A stretch of DNA of 63,851 bases, counting the filler, from an uncultured Methanosarcinales archaeon (GTDB taxonomy: Archaea > Nanobdellota > Nanobdellia > Woesearchaeales > CAYSVS01): NCBI GenBank assembly GCA_964434475.1. It is 6 parts of 6 records of this genome, joined end to end, with 100 filler letters (N's around TTAATTAATTAA, not from the genome) between each part and the next. Parts side by side here need not be neighbours in the genome. Positions count along the whole stretch, not along the records: positions 35,298 to 46,725 come from CAYSVS010000044.1; positions 46,826 to 57,898 come from CAYSVS010000045.1; 4 more parts are not named here. One strand, written 5' to 3'. The first letter of the stretch is position 1. Each line of letters opens with the position of its first letter. Positions 38,302 to 49,604 of the stretch are shown here, piece after piece. The notes under the pieces are model-generated. The model made no database searches, was not told the DNA's origin, and saw nothing but the letters and a program-made list of their open reading frames with translations. The position numbers and the translations under genes were made by a program.

Positions 38302-39102
38302 CTATTCTTTCTTTATCAAGCTAAGCATATCGCTTGCTATGTAAGAATATCTGAACTTTTTATAAAGAAAATCTCCTATCTTGCCATTGTTTTTTGCAGC
38401 TAAATATGCTGCTTTGAAATTGTCTTTTGTCTGTGCTAAATATCCTGCTGTTATACCAGCCAAAACATCCCCTGTTCCAGCTACAGACATGCGTTCGTTT
38501 CCAGTATTGTTTGTTTTTATCTTGTTTTTTGATATTATGTAATCAATAGGACCTTTTAGCAGGATAATATTATTGTTTATGTATTTTTGAAGCTGTTTTA
38601 ATCTTTGTTTTTTATCTTTTATCTTATTCAATTTTTTTAATTTAGAATTTTTTAGAAAAATATCTAATTCTTTTTCATGAGGAGTAAGTATAGCATTATT
38701 TACATCTGTTAATGAAATAGCTTTTATCGCGTCAGCATCAATAACTAAAAGCTTGTCTATTGTTTTTATTAATTTATTTACTATCTGTTTTGACTTTAAT
38801 GTTATTCCATTGCCTATAAGAATTACATCGTGTTTTTCTGCAAGTTTCTTTATTTCTTTGTAATGTTTTAATGAAATATAATCTCCTTTTAATTTTGCGG
38901 TTACCAGATCAGGAGATAGTTTATTTACAGCCCAAGCTGCTTTTTCAGGACAAGCTACAGTAACCCAATCCACTCCGCTTCTTAGGCAGGCTATACCTGC
39001 TAACGTTAGACAGCCAACATATTCCTTGCTTCCACCGATTATCAAAACTTTGCCATTATCGCCTTTTTTTGATGTTTTCTTATGTTTTAACATCAGTTCC
39101 AC
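38302..39102 (-). CDS. nnrD: ADP-dependent NAD(P)HX dehydratase
   Basis: KGDNGKVLIIGGS, VIDADA, LTPH, LLKG, GTGDVLAG. Confidence 0.9.
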   Translation of the reverse strand: MELMLKHKKTSKKGDNGKVLIIGGSKEYVGCLTLAGIACLRSGVDWVTVACPEKAAWAVNKLSPDLVTAKLKGDYISLKHYKEIKKLAEKHDVILIGNGITLKSKQIVNKLIKTIDKLLVIDADAIKAISLTDVNNAILTPHEKELDIFLKNSKLKKLNKIKDKKQRLKQLQKYINNNIILLKGPIDYIISKNKIKTNNTGNERMSVAGTGDVLAGITAGYLAQTKDNFKAAYLAAKNNGKIGDFLYKKFRYSYIASDMLSLIKKE

Positions 39103-39856
39103 CTGCTGGCAAGAATCTTATGATCTCGTCAAGATCATCATAATCTAATGCTTTTCTTATCTTTTTTGCACTATCTGAAGCTTTGTTTCTTCCTTGTTTT
39201 ATTATGATATGGTTTTCTGAATTATGCTTTATCGCTTCTACTGGCCCGCCTATCAATTGTTTATCTTTTGTTATGCCTATAGCAAGCTCTAGCTTCGGCC
39301 TTAGAATTGTTTTTTTTCCTCTTATCATAAATGCACCTTTTGCGATATATTCTCCAGATTGAGCTTCTTTGCTGACTTGGCTTGGCTCTACATAAAAAAC
39401 ATCACTTGAACTTAATCCTAATTTCCAAGCTTTTGAGTATGATGCAGCTGCCTGTGCTGTCTCTTTTAATGTATCTTTTGGAACTTTGCCTTCTGTCTTT
39501 ATAACAAAAAACGGACTTCCTGGAGCTTCTGTATGGAAAACAACATCATTCTCATCAGTATGTTTTTTTATTATTATCTCGTTTGTTGTAGCATCTTTTC
39601 CGCCTATAACTAAAAAACCTTCACTTGAATAAAACCATCTAAATTTCTCATACCATTCCCTTTTTCTTTGCTGTTTTTCTTCAGGTATGTTCTGCTCAGC
39701 TTTTGCTTTCTTCTTTTTTTCCTGCTCAAGTTTTTTCAGGGATTTTTCTAAAGCTTCTTCTGCACCTTTTATCTTCTTCTTTGCTTTTTTTGCCTTGTCA
39801 AAATATACGCCAGCATTCTCTTCTACAGACTTGTTGAGAAATATGTTTATTTTCAT
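39080..39856 (-). CDS. NFACT RNA-binding domain protein (DUF814)
   Basis: WYEKFRWF, GGKDATTNE, GAFMIRG. Confidence 0.9.
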   Translation of the reverse strand: MKINIFLNKSVEENAGVYFDKAKKAKKKIKGAEEALEKSLKKLEQEKKKKAKAEQNIPEEKQQRKREWYEKFRWFYSSEGFLVIGGKDATTNEIIIKKHTDENDVVFHTEAPGSPFFVIKTEGKVPKDTLKETAQAAASYSKAWKLGLSSSDVFYVEPSQVSKEAQSGEYIAKGAFMIRGKKTILRPKLELAIGITKDKQLIGGPVEAIKHNSENHIIIKQGRNKASDSAKKIRKALDYDDLDEIIRFLPAGGTDVKT

Positions 39857-41115
39857 TCTAATAACCACTTCCATACCGGCAAGACTATTATCTTTTTATT
39901 GTCTATATTTAACTTATCTTCTTGGTCATAAGTTAAAATCAATCCTTTTTTAAGCTTAAATTTATCCATGGCTTCCAATAATCCTTTTATTTCTCGATTC
40001 TTATTATCTTCATTAATACTATAACATATTTGTATGACATTTAGTATTTTCAAATCTTTCTTGACAACAAAATCGCATTCTCCTTTATCTTTTGAATAGT
40101 ATAACTCAAACTTTCTTCTTTTTATTTCAATAGCTGCCAGATTTTCTAAAAGCTTACCTTTATCATGAGAAAATCTAAAACCAACAGAAGCGATAAATCC
40201 ATTATCGATGCAAAATGTTTTCTTAGGGTTTTGCGATTGTTTTTTTAAAGAATAATCAAATTTATTAGAAAAAAAGAACAAGAATGCAGCTTCAAACGAA
40301 CTGACTACATTCTTAACAGTTGCAATATTCTTAACATCACTTATTTTTGACAGTGTCCTTAAACTTACTTGTGAAGTAATATTTGAGATAAGATAAAGAG
40401 ATATTTCCTTAACTTGTTTTGTTAAATTAGGATTGAATCTCTTGATAATATCCCTATATAATATATTTTTATACAGTTCAGAAACAATTACAGGTTTGTT
40501 AGTGATAACTCTTTGTGGGAATCCTCCTGACTCTAAAAATGTCTTGAATTCTTTTCGTATTCTTGATTGTTTTTCCAGATCAACATTCCAATTAAGGATA
40601 TCTATTTTTTTCGCATCAAGAAATTCCTTGAAACTAAACGGAAACAATTCAAAACTTACAGACCTGCCTGTCAAAACAGAAGATATCTCTTTGCTTAACA
40701 GTTTAGAATTTGATCCTGTTATAAAAATAGTATATTGCCTTTTTATCCTATCTATCCATCTCTCCCAATTATCCACTTCCTGAATTTCATCAAGGAACAA
40801 AGTACATCCCTTTTTCTTGTGTTCAATAATAAAGTCCATTATTTTCTGAAAATCAGAAGTTTCGAAATTGATCAACCGTTCATCATTAAAGTTTATATAT
40901 AGAAATTCTTTATCTTCAAGGTTAAACTTATCTTTCAATATTTTTAATAAAGAAGATTTACCGCAACGCCGGATTCCTGTAATGATTATTGGCATTTTCA
41001 AATCTTTAAGTGCAATTATATCTTTAGTTATTTCTCTATCTATCAAATCCTCGCTTTTTCTAAAATATTTTTGCTGTTCAAATAACACATAATAAATATC
41101 CTGCCTGTCCATCAA
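39853..41115 (-). CDS. AAA_14 ATPase with DUF4143 domain
   Basis: GIRRCGKS, LDEIQ, TGS, GGFP, LEN, ECDFV, IQI. Confidence 0.9.
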   Translation of the reverse strand: MMDRQDIYYVLFEQQKYFRKSEDLIDREITKDIIALKDLKMPIIITGIRRCGKSSLLKILKDKFNLEDKEFLYINFNDERLINFETSDFQKIMDFIIEHKKKGCTLFLDEIQEVDNWERWIDRIKRQYTIFITGSNSKLLSKEISSVLTGRSVSFELFPFSFKEFLDAKKIDILNWNVDLEKQSRIRKEFKTFLESGGFPQRVITNKPVIVSELYKNILYRDIIKRFNPNLTKQVKEISLYLISNITSQVSLRTLSKISDVKNIATVKNVVSSFEAAFLFFFSNKFDYSLKKQSQNPKKTFCIDNGFIASVGFRFSHDKGKLLENLAAIEIKRRKFELYYSKDKGECDFVVKKDLKILNVIQICYSINEDNKNREIKGLLEAMDKFKLKKGLILTYDQEDKLNIDNKKIIVLPVWKWLLE

Positions 41116-41282
41116 GATAGTAAAACATCAAATATATTTAAATGTTTCGAAAGTGATATAAAAATTGTTACACTTTATTTCAAAAGTGATACAGAACTTG
41201 TTACACAGCAAATAGAAGTAAACAAAATCAGAAAAAAAGAAATGTTACGTTCTATTGTAACATATTAAAAGTAAAAAGAAAT

Positions 41283-41576
41283 CTATCCTTGCACTTGCTG
41301 TTGTTGCTGAGCTGCTTGAAGACATTCAACAGCCACTAGATTAATACTTTGGTTTCCAACATACAATGGCACTTGTTGGCATGTTGCAGCCTGCTGAGCC
41401 AACTGCATCACAGCTTGTTCATAGCCGTATTGCGCTCCTTGCTCAAAAATGCTCAATTGTTCCTGTTGTTTAGCTGCATTGTATCTTCCCATGGCAATAT
41501 ATCCAGCTAAGATAACAACAACCAAGATCAATCCGAAAATCAACCAATTCTGTTTTTTTGGCTTCATAAACATCAC
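41283..41576 (-). CDS. Small membrane-anchored hypothetical protein
   Basis: N-terminal TM helix, GAQYGY, two Cys. Confidence 0.7.
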   Translation of the reverse strand: MMFMKPKKQNWLIFGLILVVVILAGYIAMGRYNAAKQQEQLSIFEQGAQYGYEQAVMQLAQQAATCQQVPLYVGNQSINLVAVECLQAAQQQQQVQG

Positions 41577-41636
41577 CTTTTAGATTACTTTATTGTTTAT
41601 ATTATAAATATTTCTATAATAAAGAAAATAAAAAAT

Positions 41637-42893
41637 TCATTGAAGCACCCATTTCCACAATGGGATGAAATCTATACCTTTCTCTTTTTTGGATATGTCT
41701 TTTGTAATGATTATCAATTCTTTTGTTTTGGATTTGAACTTTTTCTTAAATTCTACTAATCCTCTTATTTCTCTATCATCAATATCGTTAGTATATGAAA
41801 CATTTATTGCAGAAAGTGTGTTATCCTTATGCTTAACAACAAAGTCAACTTCATTTTTATCTTCCCAATAAAATATATCTTTACCTTTTTTTTTAAGATC
41901 CATATAAACTAGATTTTCTGCCAATCTACCTTGATCTTGGGAGAACTTGAATGAAACTGCATTTCTGATCCCATTATCTATACAGTATATTTTTTTGTTT
42001 CTTATTTCCTGTTTCTTCAAAGAATATGAAAAAAAATTAAGTTGAAATATCAAAAAAGCTTCATCTAAATATGAAAGATAGCTTTTCACAGAATCTATTG
42101 ACATGTCTAGCTGCTTCTTTATAGAATTAAGCGATATCTTTTTACCTACATTTGTCAGGCAAAAAACAGCCAATCGTCTTAAAAGATTAACATCCCTTAT
42201 CCCATGCCTTATGACTATATCTTTATACAAAATATCTTCAAAATAATCCTTAAGCTGTTCTTCATTCTTTGAAAGGATTATCTGCGGAAAACCTCCTATT
42301 GAGAAATAAAAGTTAAATTTTTTAAGAATCTTTATCTTGTTTCTGATGAAATCTGCATCAGATTCAGGAATCTTAAAATCATCAAATATCAAAAACTCTT
42401 TGAATGTTAAAGGATATATTCTAAATGATATATGCCTGCCTGTAAGTTTTGTGCCAAATTCCCTGCTTAACAACTGAGAGGATGAGCCTGTAACAAAAAT
42501 ATGTGCTAGTTCAAGATCACGCATTTTTCTTACCCATTGTTCCCATTGCGGAATGTTCTGAATCTCATCCAAGAATAGATATGGCTTTTTTTTAGGATTG
42601 AAATGCAGCTGATATGTTTTCCATATTAGTTCTAACAGTTCTACATTATAATTGCCTATAAATGCAGGATCTTCAAAATTTATATAAATATAACCATCAT
42701 CTTCTAATCCAAGCTCCCGTATAATCAAGAACAGGAGAGAAGATTTGCCTGATCGCCTTACACCCACAAGATCTATGATTTCTTTAGATATATTTTTAAT
42801 AATCTGTTTTGATATTTCTCTAGGTTTTAATTCTTGCTTGACTTTTTTTCTCCAGTTTTCTATTACTTCCAAAATTTGTTGTTCTAATATCAT
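41637..42893 (-). CDS. AAA_14 ATPase with DUF4143 domain
   Basis: GVRRSGKS, LDEIQ, GGFP, AEN, EVDFV. Confidence 0.9.
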   Translation of the reverse strand: MILEQQILEVIENWRKKVKQELKPREISKQIIKNISKEIIDLVGVRRSGKSSLLFLIIRELGLEDDGYIYINFEDPAFIGNYNVELLELIWKTYQLHFNPKKKPYLFLDEIQNIPQWEQWVRKMRDLELAHIFVTGSSSQLLSREFGTKLTGRHISFRIYPLTFKEFLIFDDFKIPESDADFIRNKIKILKKFNFYFSIGGFPQIILSKNEEQLKDYFEDILYKDIVIRHGIRDVNLLRRLAVFCLTNVGKKISLNSIKKQLDMSIDSVKSYLSYLDEAFLIFQLNFFSYSLKKQEIRNKKIYCIDNGIRNAVSFKFSQDQGRLAENLVYMDLKKKGKDIFYWEDKNEVDFVVKHKDNTLSAINVSYTNDIDDREIRGLVEFKKKFKSKTKELIIITKDISKKEKGIDFIPLWKWVLQ

Positions 42894-42987
42894 AATTTAT
42901 AGAAAAGTCTAATTTATTTATATGTGTTTCGGTTATAACCTATAAAAATTTAAATAATTGTAGGTTATAACCGACAATTATGAAGAA

Positions 42988-44868
42988 TCAATGCGTTTGC
43001 CAAGATGAGCCATCGCAAATATAGAGTACATCAGTATCATACTTATACCACATCCTTCCTCTATCGTTTGCAGTTGTACAATGTCCTGCTGGAGGTGCTG
43101 ATGTTCCTGCATCTATCTGAGTATAGTCATAATTACCATCTGTCGGATCTCCTACTTGTAAAGTTGAGTTTGGTGTTGTTTGAGATATTCCTACATTGCC
43201 ATTAGCAGAAATTGTAATTAAATTCCCTAATATATTTCTAGATACTAAATTTGCAACGTCTTGACTTTTTACATCAATACCCAAATATTGCCAACCACAA
43301 TAATCTTGATAACATGAACCACCACTTACGCCAGTATCATTAAACCTTATATAAATTTGATCTGGACGTTCATTATTAGGTGAAATTGTAATTTTTCCTG
43401 AAACAATTGGATTAATACCACTATCTGAATCAATCTGTGTCCAATTTATACCATCATATGAATAGTATGCTCTAACAGTAGTGTTACCTTGATTACCACC
43501 TGCATTTCTCCAGACTCCTTTAGCATAAAATTCATTAATACCCTTACCTACTAATTTGTATGTAATAGATGTAGGATTTGATCCTCCTCCTGATTGCGTT
43601 GTTGGATTTGATAAAATATAATAATTATCATTTGAAGCTTTACCAGCAATACGTAAATTAGAGTAGGAATATGCTGAGTGTAAAGATGCTTTTTCTTCGC
43701 CATTGCTAGAGTCTGATTGATCAACTTGTTGCCATATCCATTTTTGATTTGAATAGATGCTTCCATTAACATCTAATTTAGAACTTGGATTTGTCGTGCC
43801 GATACCCACATTGCCGCCAGCAGTTATCCTCATCTGTTCTGTGCCATTTGTATTTAATGACATATAAGTACCACCACCTAAAAAAAGTCTACTGGTTGTA
43901 GTAAGCCAATCCTGACCTAAACTCATATTAGTCCAAGTATTTCTTACTTCAACGACTGCATTTCTTCCAACGTGCGTATTCTCAACTAAAAGACCATAAA
44001 AATTAGAATCAATATCTTCTGTGATTTGCAACTTACTTTCTGGATTAGTTGTGCCTATACCTATTTCACCGTCAGATGTAATAACCATCCTTGATGTAAG
44101 GGCATCTCCAGTAGGTTGTGTGAAAAAACGAATATCTCCAGCATCGTCTGCACCATCCCTATAGAAATCGATAGAAGATACTATTTCCGCTTCTCCTGCC
44201 TGGCGATTTATTACAGATAGTCTTCCAAGAGCTCCAGTTGCATCCCTGTCTCCAGTCAAATATACAGATGCATCACCGCCGACACCTTGATCAGAATCGA
44301 CTTTTATAGAAGGGTATTGGCTTCCAGTCACTTCCAAAGTATTTGTTGGAGCAGTCGTGCCTATTCCAACATTGCCATTATTCGATATTTTCATAAGCAT
44401 ATTTGACTGATTTGCATGAATAAAAGCCCATCCACCATTAAGATTAGATGTAGTACTATTGAAATAAATAGTCCTGTCTGCATCTATTTCTGGACGTATC
44501 TCTGCCCAACCTGATGCAACATAATAACGTGCAGCTCTAACATATCCTCCTACATCCAAAGTATATTCAGGATTTGTTTTTGCTATACCAACCTTATAAC
44601 TTAAATTTGAGGGAAAAAGATTTTCGCCTGTAAGGTTCCAATATGTGCTTCCACCGCCTACTGCCCAGCTTGTTTGGCAATCGCCATCCAAACATACTTC
44701 CGGTGTATGAAGCTTATCAGTTACGTTCACATATCCTGTGAACTTATAATCTCCAGCAGGAAACTCTCCTGGTAAGATCTCTGCAGCAGGATGGCTTATC
44801 TCAGCCAAAACAATTGAACTTAAGATTAGTAAAAATAGACCTAATATTGTTAATTTATCTCCCCTCAT
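42988..44868 (-). CDS. Secreted surface/fibre-like protein with GNVGIGTTxP repeats
   Basis: Signal peptide; five (N/K/E)(V/I)GIxxTxP repeats; C-terminal C...GRMWY...LYICDGSSW. Confidence 0.75.
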   Translation of the reverse strand: MRGDKLTILGLFLLILSSIVLAEISHPAAEILPGEFPAGDYKFTGYVNVTDKLHTPEVCLDGDCQTSWAVGGGSTYWNLTGENLFPSNLSYKVGIAKTNPEYTLDVGGYVRAARYYVASGWAEIRPEIDADRTIYFNSTTSNLNGGWAFIHANQSNMLMKISNNGNVGIGTTAPTNTLEVTGSQYPSIKVDSDQGVGGDASVYLTGDRDATGALGRLSVINRQAGEAEIVSSIDFYRDGADDAGDIRFFTQPTGDALTSRMVITSDGEIGIGTTNPESKLQITEDIDSNFYGLLVENTHVGRNAVVEVRNTWTNMSLGQDWLTTTSRLFLGGGTYMSLNTNGTEQMRITAGGNVGIGTTNPSSKLDVNGSIYSNQKWIWQQVDQSDSSNGEEKASLHSAYSYSNLRIAGKASNDNYYILSNPTTQSGGGSNPTSITYKLVGKGINEFYAKGVWRNAGGNQGNTTVRAYYSYDGINWTQIDSDSGINPIVSGKITISPNNERPDQIYIRFNDTGVSGGSCYQDYCGWQYLGIDVKSQDVANLVSRNILGNLITISANGNVGISQTTPNSTLQVGDPTDGNYDYTQIDAGTSAPPAGHCTTANDRGRMWYKYDTDVLYICDGSSWQTH

Positions 44869-44921
44869 GAAATACCACCTTTTTTTGTAATTTTTATCAA
44901 TCATAATATATAAAGCTTTCT

Positions 44922-45374
44922 TTATGAAAGCTCTCCTTTTAATCTTTTTCTTATGTTTTCTATTTTTTGCGAGTTAAGATCATTCAATATCTCTTTACAC
45001 CTTGATACAAATCTTTTGACATCATTCTCATTAGTCAGTTCAATCTGCTTAAGATAATATTGAACTTTAATTCTATCTGATTTCAAATTTATCAAGAATT
45101 TAATTTGATTATCATCAAAACCAAACAAATCCATAAGTTCAATACTACAATCATGAATTTCACACCTTATCCCACACCTTATCAACAATGCATAATAAGC
45201 ACTGTAACATGCATAGTAGCCAGTTATCAGCTTCCATTTACCTTTATTTACAAGCATACTTTCCAATGTATCGTCTGCATCCTTGAGATAAGAATCGCTT
45301 AGATGCTGCTTCTCTTCAACAATCTGGATGCCTTTCTTCTGTTCACTGCACCATTTGATTTTTTCAAGGTTCAT
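44922..45374 (-). CDS. HEPN domain protein
   Basis: YYACY, HDCS, RxxxQY; directly downstream of an MNT gene. Confidence 0.8.
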   Translation of the reverse strand: MNLEKIKWCSEQKKGIQIVEEKQHLSDSYLKDADDTLESMLVNKGKWKLITGYYACYSAYYALLIRCGIRCEIHDCSIELMDLFGFDDNQIKFLINLKSDRIKVQYYLKQIELTNENDVKRFVSRCKEILNDLNSQKIENIRKRLKGELS

Positions 45375-45982
45375 TTGTGCACCTCAATAAAAAAATCGAT
45401 CAGTTTAGAGACATCTCCAAATAAAATATGGTTATGCATGATTTCTATAGCCAAAGGATTTTTCTTCTTCAGCAGGCTTTTAAGTTCAGAAAAGGACACA
45501 TAGTGTTCATTGATCTCTAAATTTTGTCTATTTCTAAAATATTTGATCTTCTTCTTATCGTAATTTCCTACAATAACAATGTCTAGATCAGAGGTTTTTG
45601 TGTATTTGCCTGAAGCATAAGAGCCAAAGATAATGATACTGTTGCAATAGCCTAAAAGCTCCTGAATTATTGGAGATATTATCTTGTTTTCATTCATAAA
45701 AACCAAGGATCTTTGATTTTCAACAATGTTTAACAGGATTTTAGTCTGTTGTTTTCTTAAATCTAGATAAAACAACTTATTCTTTCCGTCTTTTACATAA
45801 GAGACAAGATTCAAGGCAACCAATTTATCCATATATCTGGAAACAGTCTGTTGAGGGAATCCAGAAAGCCTTGAGATGGTGCTTCCAGTCATTTTAGCAT
45901 CATAATCTCTAGAAAAAGGTTTTAGTGTATTTACCCATTTTTGAGTAATGTTACTCATTTTTAAGTCGTTTAGTTCTTTCAT
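45371..45982 (-). CDS. wHTH plus minimal nucleotidyltransferase (MNT)
   Basis: FGSYASG...SDLD. Confidence 0.88.
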   Translation of the reverse strand: MKELNDLKMSNITQKWVNTLKPFSRDYDAKMTGSTISRLSGFPQQTVSRYMDKLVALNLVSYVKDGKNKLFYLDLRKQQTKILLNIVENQRSLVFMNENKIISPIIQELLGYCNSIIIFGSYASGKYTKTSDLDIVIVGNYDKKKIKYFRNRQNLEINEHYVSFSELKSLLKKKNPLAIEIMHNHILFGDVSKLIDFFIEVHK

Positions 45983-46058
45983 GATATTGATCCTTCTTTT
46001 GTTTCAATTTTAGGAACAGATGTCCTAATTTTGTTAACATCTAAAAAAAATAAAAAAA

Positions 46059-46725
46059 TTATGTGCAAGTAATTCCATCATCAAACCTTACCCAATTTGC
46101 TCCATTACAGAAGCAAGGCGCGCTCTCTGATTCGTCGTAATATATCGTACCTTCATGACCTGCATCACAACTTTCATCTGGTGAGTCTGTGGGCTCAAGC
46201 ATCAATGTGTTGTTGATATGCACAGTAGCTTGCGGCAACATACTATTGCCTCTACTAAACGCAACATCTCCTGAATTCTCAATTCTCATGAACTCATTGC
46301 TATCGTACTCAAATGTTAGATCCCCATTAGAATTTTGCTTAAAGTTCCAAGGATACCCGCCTGAGGTATAGCCAGTATTGCCTATCTTCAAACCAGTTGT
46401 TGCGTTTATGTGCAATGCAGCGCTTGGATTTGTAGTTCCTATTCCTAAATTACCATCCTTATCCAGTCTCATCTGTTCAGCATATAAAACACCAGCACCT
46501 TGTCTTTGACCAAAAACAAAATCACCACGACCATCAACATCAGAATCTACAAATGCAAAATAACCTATAGGATTCGCACCCGTATCACCAGTCATCTGGA
46601 ATTTAATTCCTGCCAATCCTGCATCAGTATCGTTAGTATTTCTTACTGTAATAAAAGTTCCGTTTGGATAATAATAGTTTCCTGATGAAGTATACGGACT
46701 GCCAAAGTTATCTTCAACCCATAAT
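46059..46725 (-). CDS. 3' part of a second GNxGIGTTNP-repeat surface protein (cut by contig end)
   Basis: GNLGIGTTNP; C-terminal C...EGTIYYD...CFCNGANW. Confidence 0.7.
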
Positions 46726-46825
46726 NNNNNNNNNNNNNNNNNNNNNNNNNNNNNNNNNNNNNNNNNNNNTTAATTAATTAANNNNNNNNNNNNNNNNNNN
46801 NNNNNNNNNNNNNNNNNNNNNNNNN
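46726..46825. other. Artificial contig linker
   Basis: N-run with TTAATTAATTAA. Confidence 0.97.
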
Positions 46826-47384
46826 TTATTTTTATATTTTTTTTAGGAAAAATTTTTGTAAATCTTTCTATATGTTCGCAGAATTTAATTCTGTCTTTAT
46901 AATATAAATATGAAGCTGCAATATTTCTTTTAGGGATTTTTTTATTTTGTTTTCTTAGTTCTTCTATATCTAATGCTTTTTTAAAATTATTGATAGTTTC
47001 ACCATGGGCTATTAAACTATGAGAATGATAAGAATATAAAAAATCGACGGGTTCTCTGAACATAGCTATAATTTTAGCATCTTTATTGAAGCGATATATG
47101 TTTTTTGCAGCAGTTTTTGAATATAGATAATTGGTTGAACCTTCTCCTTCATATATATATTCTTTTTTTTGAGGAAACAATTTCATGTATTCTTTCAATG
47201 TTCTTATTGGAAAAAATCTTTTTTTTCCGTGTTGTTTATCGCTTTCTTTATGAAAATCTGTGCAAAAAAAATGTGGTTCTTTGAATTCTGACATATATAT
47301 TTTGGGATGTTGCTTGAGAAATTCGTAAAGTGCTGTTGTTCCGCATTTAGGCTCACCTACTATGAATAAGTTTGGTTTTTTCAT
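46826..47384 (-). CDS. Sulfotransferase (5' part, cut by contig end)
   Basis: PNLFIVGEPKCGTT 5'-PSB loop, KEPHFF, REPVDFLYS 3'-PB motif. Confidence 0.9.
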
Positions 47385-47394
47385 TTGTTTTATT

Positions 47395-48555
47395 TTATAT
47401 TAACTCTTTATATATCTTTTGCATATTATTCTTGTAATTTTCTTTATTGTATTCTTTTTTTATTTTTTCCTGATTTTTTTTAAGTTTGTGTGCAGGTATA
47501 TTATGTCTGATAGCATTTATTATATCATCTGCTATAATTTTAGGTTTTATATCTCTAAAAAAAAAGCCGTTATTTCCTTCGTCTAGCCATTCTACTATAC
47601 CTCCGCGACTTGTGGTGATTACAGAAGTTCCGCAAAGTATTGATTCTATTCCTACTAATCCGAACTGTTCTAGCCAAACGCTTGGCATGACAAATAATGA
47701 TGATTCTGCATATAATCTTGATAATTTAGAATGTTTCATTTTTCCATGCATAATGATATTATCTGAAATTTTATTTTGTTTAATAAATTGTTCAATCTTT
47801 TCTTTTTCTTCACCTTCGCCGACTATATGTAATTTGATGTCTGGAATCTTTTTTTTGATATAAGGGATGCTTTTGATCAATAATCCTATGCCTTTTTGTT
47901 TAGTTAAAGATCCAACAAAAAGCAAACTGTTTTTCTTTTTCTTAACTTTTTTTGCTTCAGGTAGCTTAACGAAAAGCGGCACATAGTTTACATTTTTGAA
48001 TTTGTGTTTTACTAAATATTTTTTTAATGTTTTAGAAGGAGATATAAATTTGTTAACTATCTTTTTTTGCAATGGATTTTTGAGGAATATTATTTTGTAT
48101 ATTAGATACTTCCAAAAAGAAATGCAATTTTTATAACATTTGGGACCTATGCCACCTTCACACACCTTTAATGTGTTTTTTTTCACGCACCACATAGTTG
48201 GACAGATAACTCCATAATCATGTATTGTTCTTACAACTTTTTTGTTTTTACAAGCTAATAAAATTGTTAAAGGATATCTGTCTATGTTGTGCAAGTGAAT
48301 TATGTCTGGATTAATCTTTTTAATATATTTTTTTATTGAGAAATACGCTTTAGGAAAAATAAATATCCCTTGTAGATATCTTAATACTTTTATCCTGCTT
48401 TCTTTGATTACTTTTATGTTATTTTCATTAAATTTTTTATTTCCTAAACTTAATATATTAAATTTAATTTCTTCAAGGCTTTTTATTTGGTTAGTTATTG
48501 CTGTATTAACGCCTCCTATTTTTCCATAAATGTCGTTTATTATTAGAACTTTCAT
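47395..48555 (-). CDS. GT4 glycosyltransferase
   Basis: IHLHN, TIHDY, FVGSL..QKG, PSVWLEQFGLVGIES. Confidence 0.9.
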   Translation of the reverse strand: MKVLIINDIYGKIGGVNTAITNQIKSLEEIKFNILSLGNKKFNENNIKVIKESRIKVLRYLQGIFIFPKAYFSIKKYIKKINPDIIHLHNIDRYPLTILLACKNKKVVRTIHDYGVICPTMWCVKKNTLKVCEGGIGPKCYKNCISFWKYLIYKIIFLKNPLQKKIVNKFISPSKTLKKYLVKHKFKNVNYVPLFVKLPEAKKVKKKKNSLLFVGSLTKQKGIGLLIKSIPYIKKKIPDIKLHIVGEGEEKEKIEQFIKQNKISDNIIMHGKMKHSKLSRLYAESSLFVMPSVWLEQFGLVGIESILCGTSVITTSRGGIVEWLDEGNNGFFFRDIKPKIIADDIINAIRHNIPAHKLKKNQEKIKKEYNKENYKNNMQKIYKELI

Positions 48556-49571
48556 TTTATCAATTCCAAAACCGCATCTGCAAACGCTTTTATATCTTTT
48601 TCTGGAACAAGAGTTCCGTTCTTTACAACTTCTGGGTGAGGTCCTATGTTGAATGCCACCACAGGTTTTTCGCATGCTTGAGCCTCAACAACAGGCATAT
48701 TAAAACCTTCCCATAATGTTGCAGTAGTATAGACACTGCAAGCTCCGTAATAATCCGGAAGCTCTTCATCAGCGACAAATCCTGTAAATATTATCTTTTT
48801 TGGATCAACATTGTCAGCTAGCTTTTCTAATTTTTTACTGTAGTTTCCGAATGTTTTTTTCCCAACTATTATCAATCTTGCTTCTGGTTTTTCTTTTAAT
48901 ACGAGGTTGAATGCTTTAATCAGTAAATCTATGCCTTTGTGTGGAGATATTCTTCCAACATATAAGCATATAGGATTATTACCAAGTTTATATTTTTCTC
49001 TTATTTTTTTACCAGATACGCCCTTATGAAACCTTTTTCTGTCTATTGAATCATATACAATCTCGCTATTAATGCCTGTTTCTTTTTTAAGAACTTTTCT
49101 TAGATAATCGCTTATGCTTATTGCTTTGTCTGCTTTTTTTGCTGTGTAGTTGGTCAATAGCCTAAATAACCTCATATAAGTTCTTTCAAGAAAACTTTCA
49201 AACAATTCAGGATGGCCTATGCCGTGATTATGGTATACATACTTTACTTTGTATTTCTTTTTTGCATATATACCGAGCCAATTCATAGGATAGAAATGGC
49301 TTATTATTTTATCATAATCTTTAAGCATTTTACCATATTTTTTTATTTTAAAATAATCCAAGAAAAATAATAGTCTATATAATCTTTCAAAGAATGGTTT
49401 TTTTGGCATTCCCATCTGTATTAATTTTGCTCTTTTTGGTTTCATGCCTGCTTTTAAGCAAAATATGGTTACTTCGTGTCCTTGTTCTATGAATTCTTCT
49501 GCTTGTAATTCAACAACTCTATCGATTCCACTAAAAGATGAAAACGTTGGCGTTAGTATTGCGATTTTCAT
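48552..49571 (-). CDS. GT4 glycosyltransferase
   Basis: YVGRISPHKG, EGFNMPVVEA. Confidence 0.92.
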   Translation of the reverse strand: MKIAILTPTFSSFSGIDRVVELQAEEFIEQGHEVTIFCLKAGMKPKRAKLIQMGMPKKPFFERLYRLLFFLDYFKIKKYGKMLKDYDKIISHFYPMNWLGIYAKKKYKVKYVYHNHGIGHPELFESFLERTYMRLFRLLTNYTAKKADKAISISDYLRKVLKKETGINSEIVYDSIDRKRFHKGVSGKKIREKYKLGNNPICLYVGRISPHKGIDLLIKAFNLVLKEKPEARLIIVGKKTFGNYSKKLEKLADNVDPKKIIFTGFVADEELPDYYGACSVYTTATLWEGFNMPVVEAQACEKPVVAFNIGPHPEVVKNGTLVPEKDIKAFADAVLELIK

Positions 49572-49604
49572 AATAACTCACAAATATGGATTTGTTTATA
49601 TATT

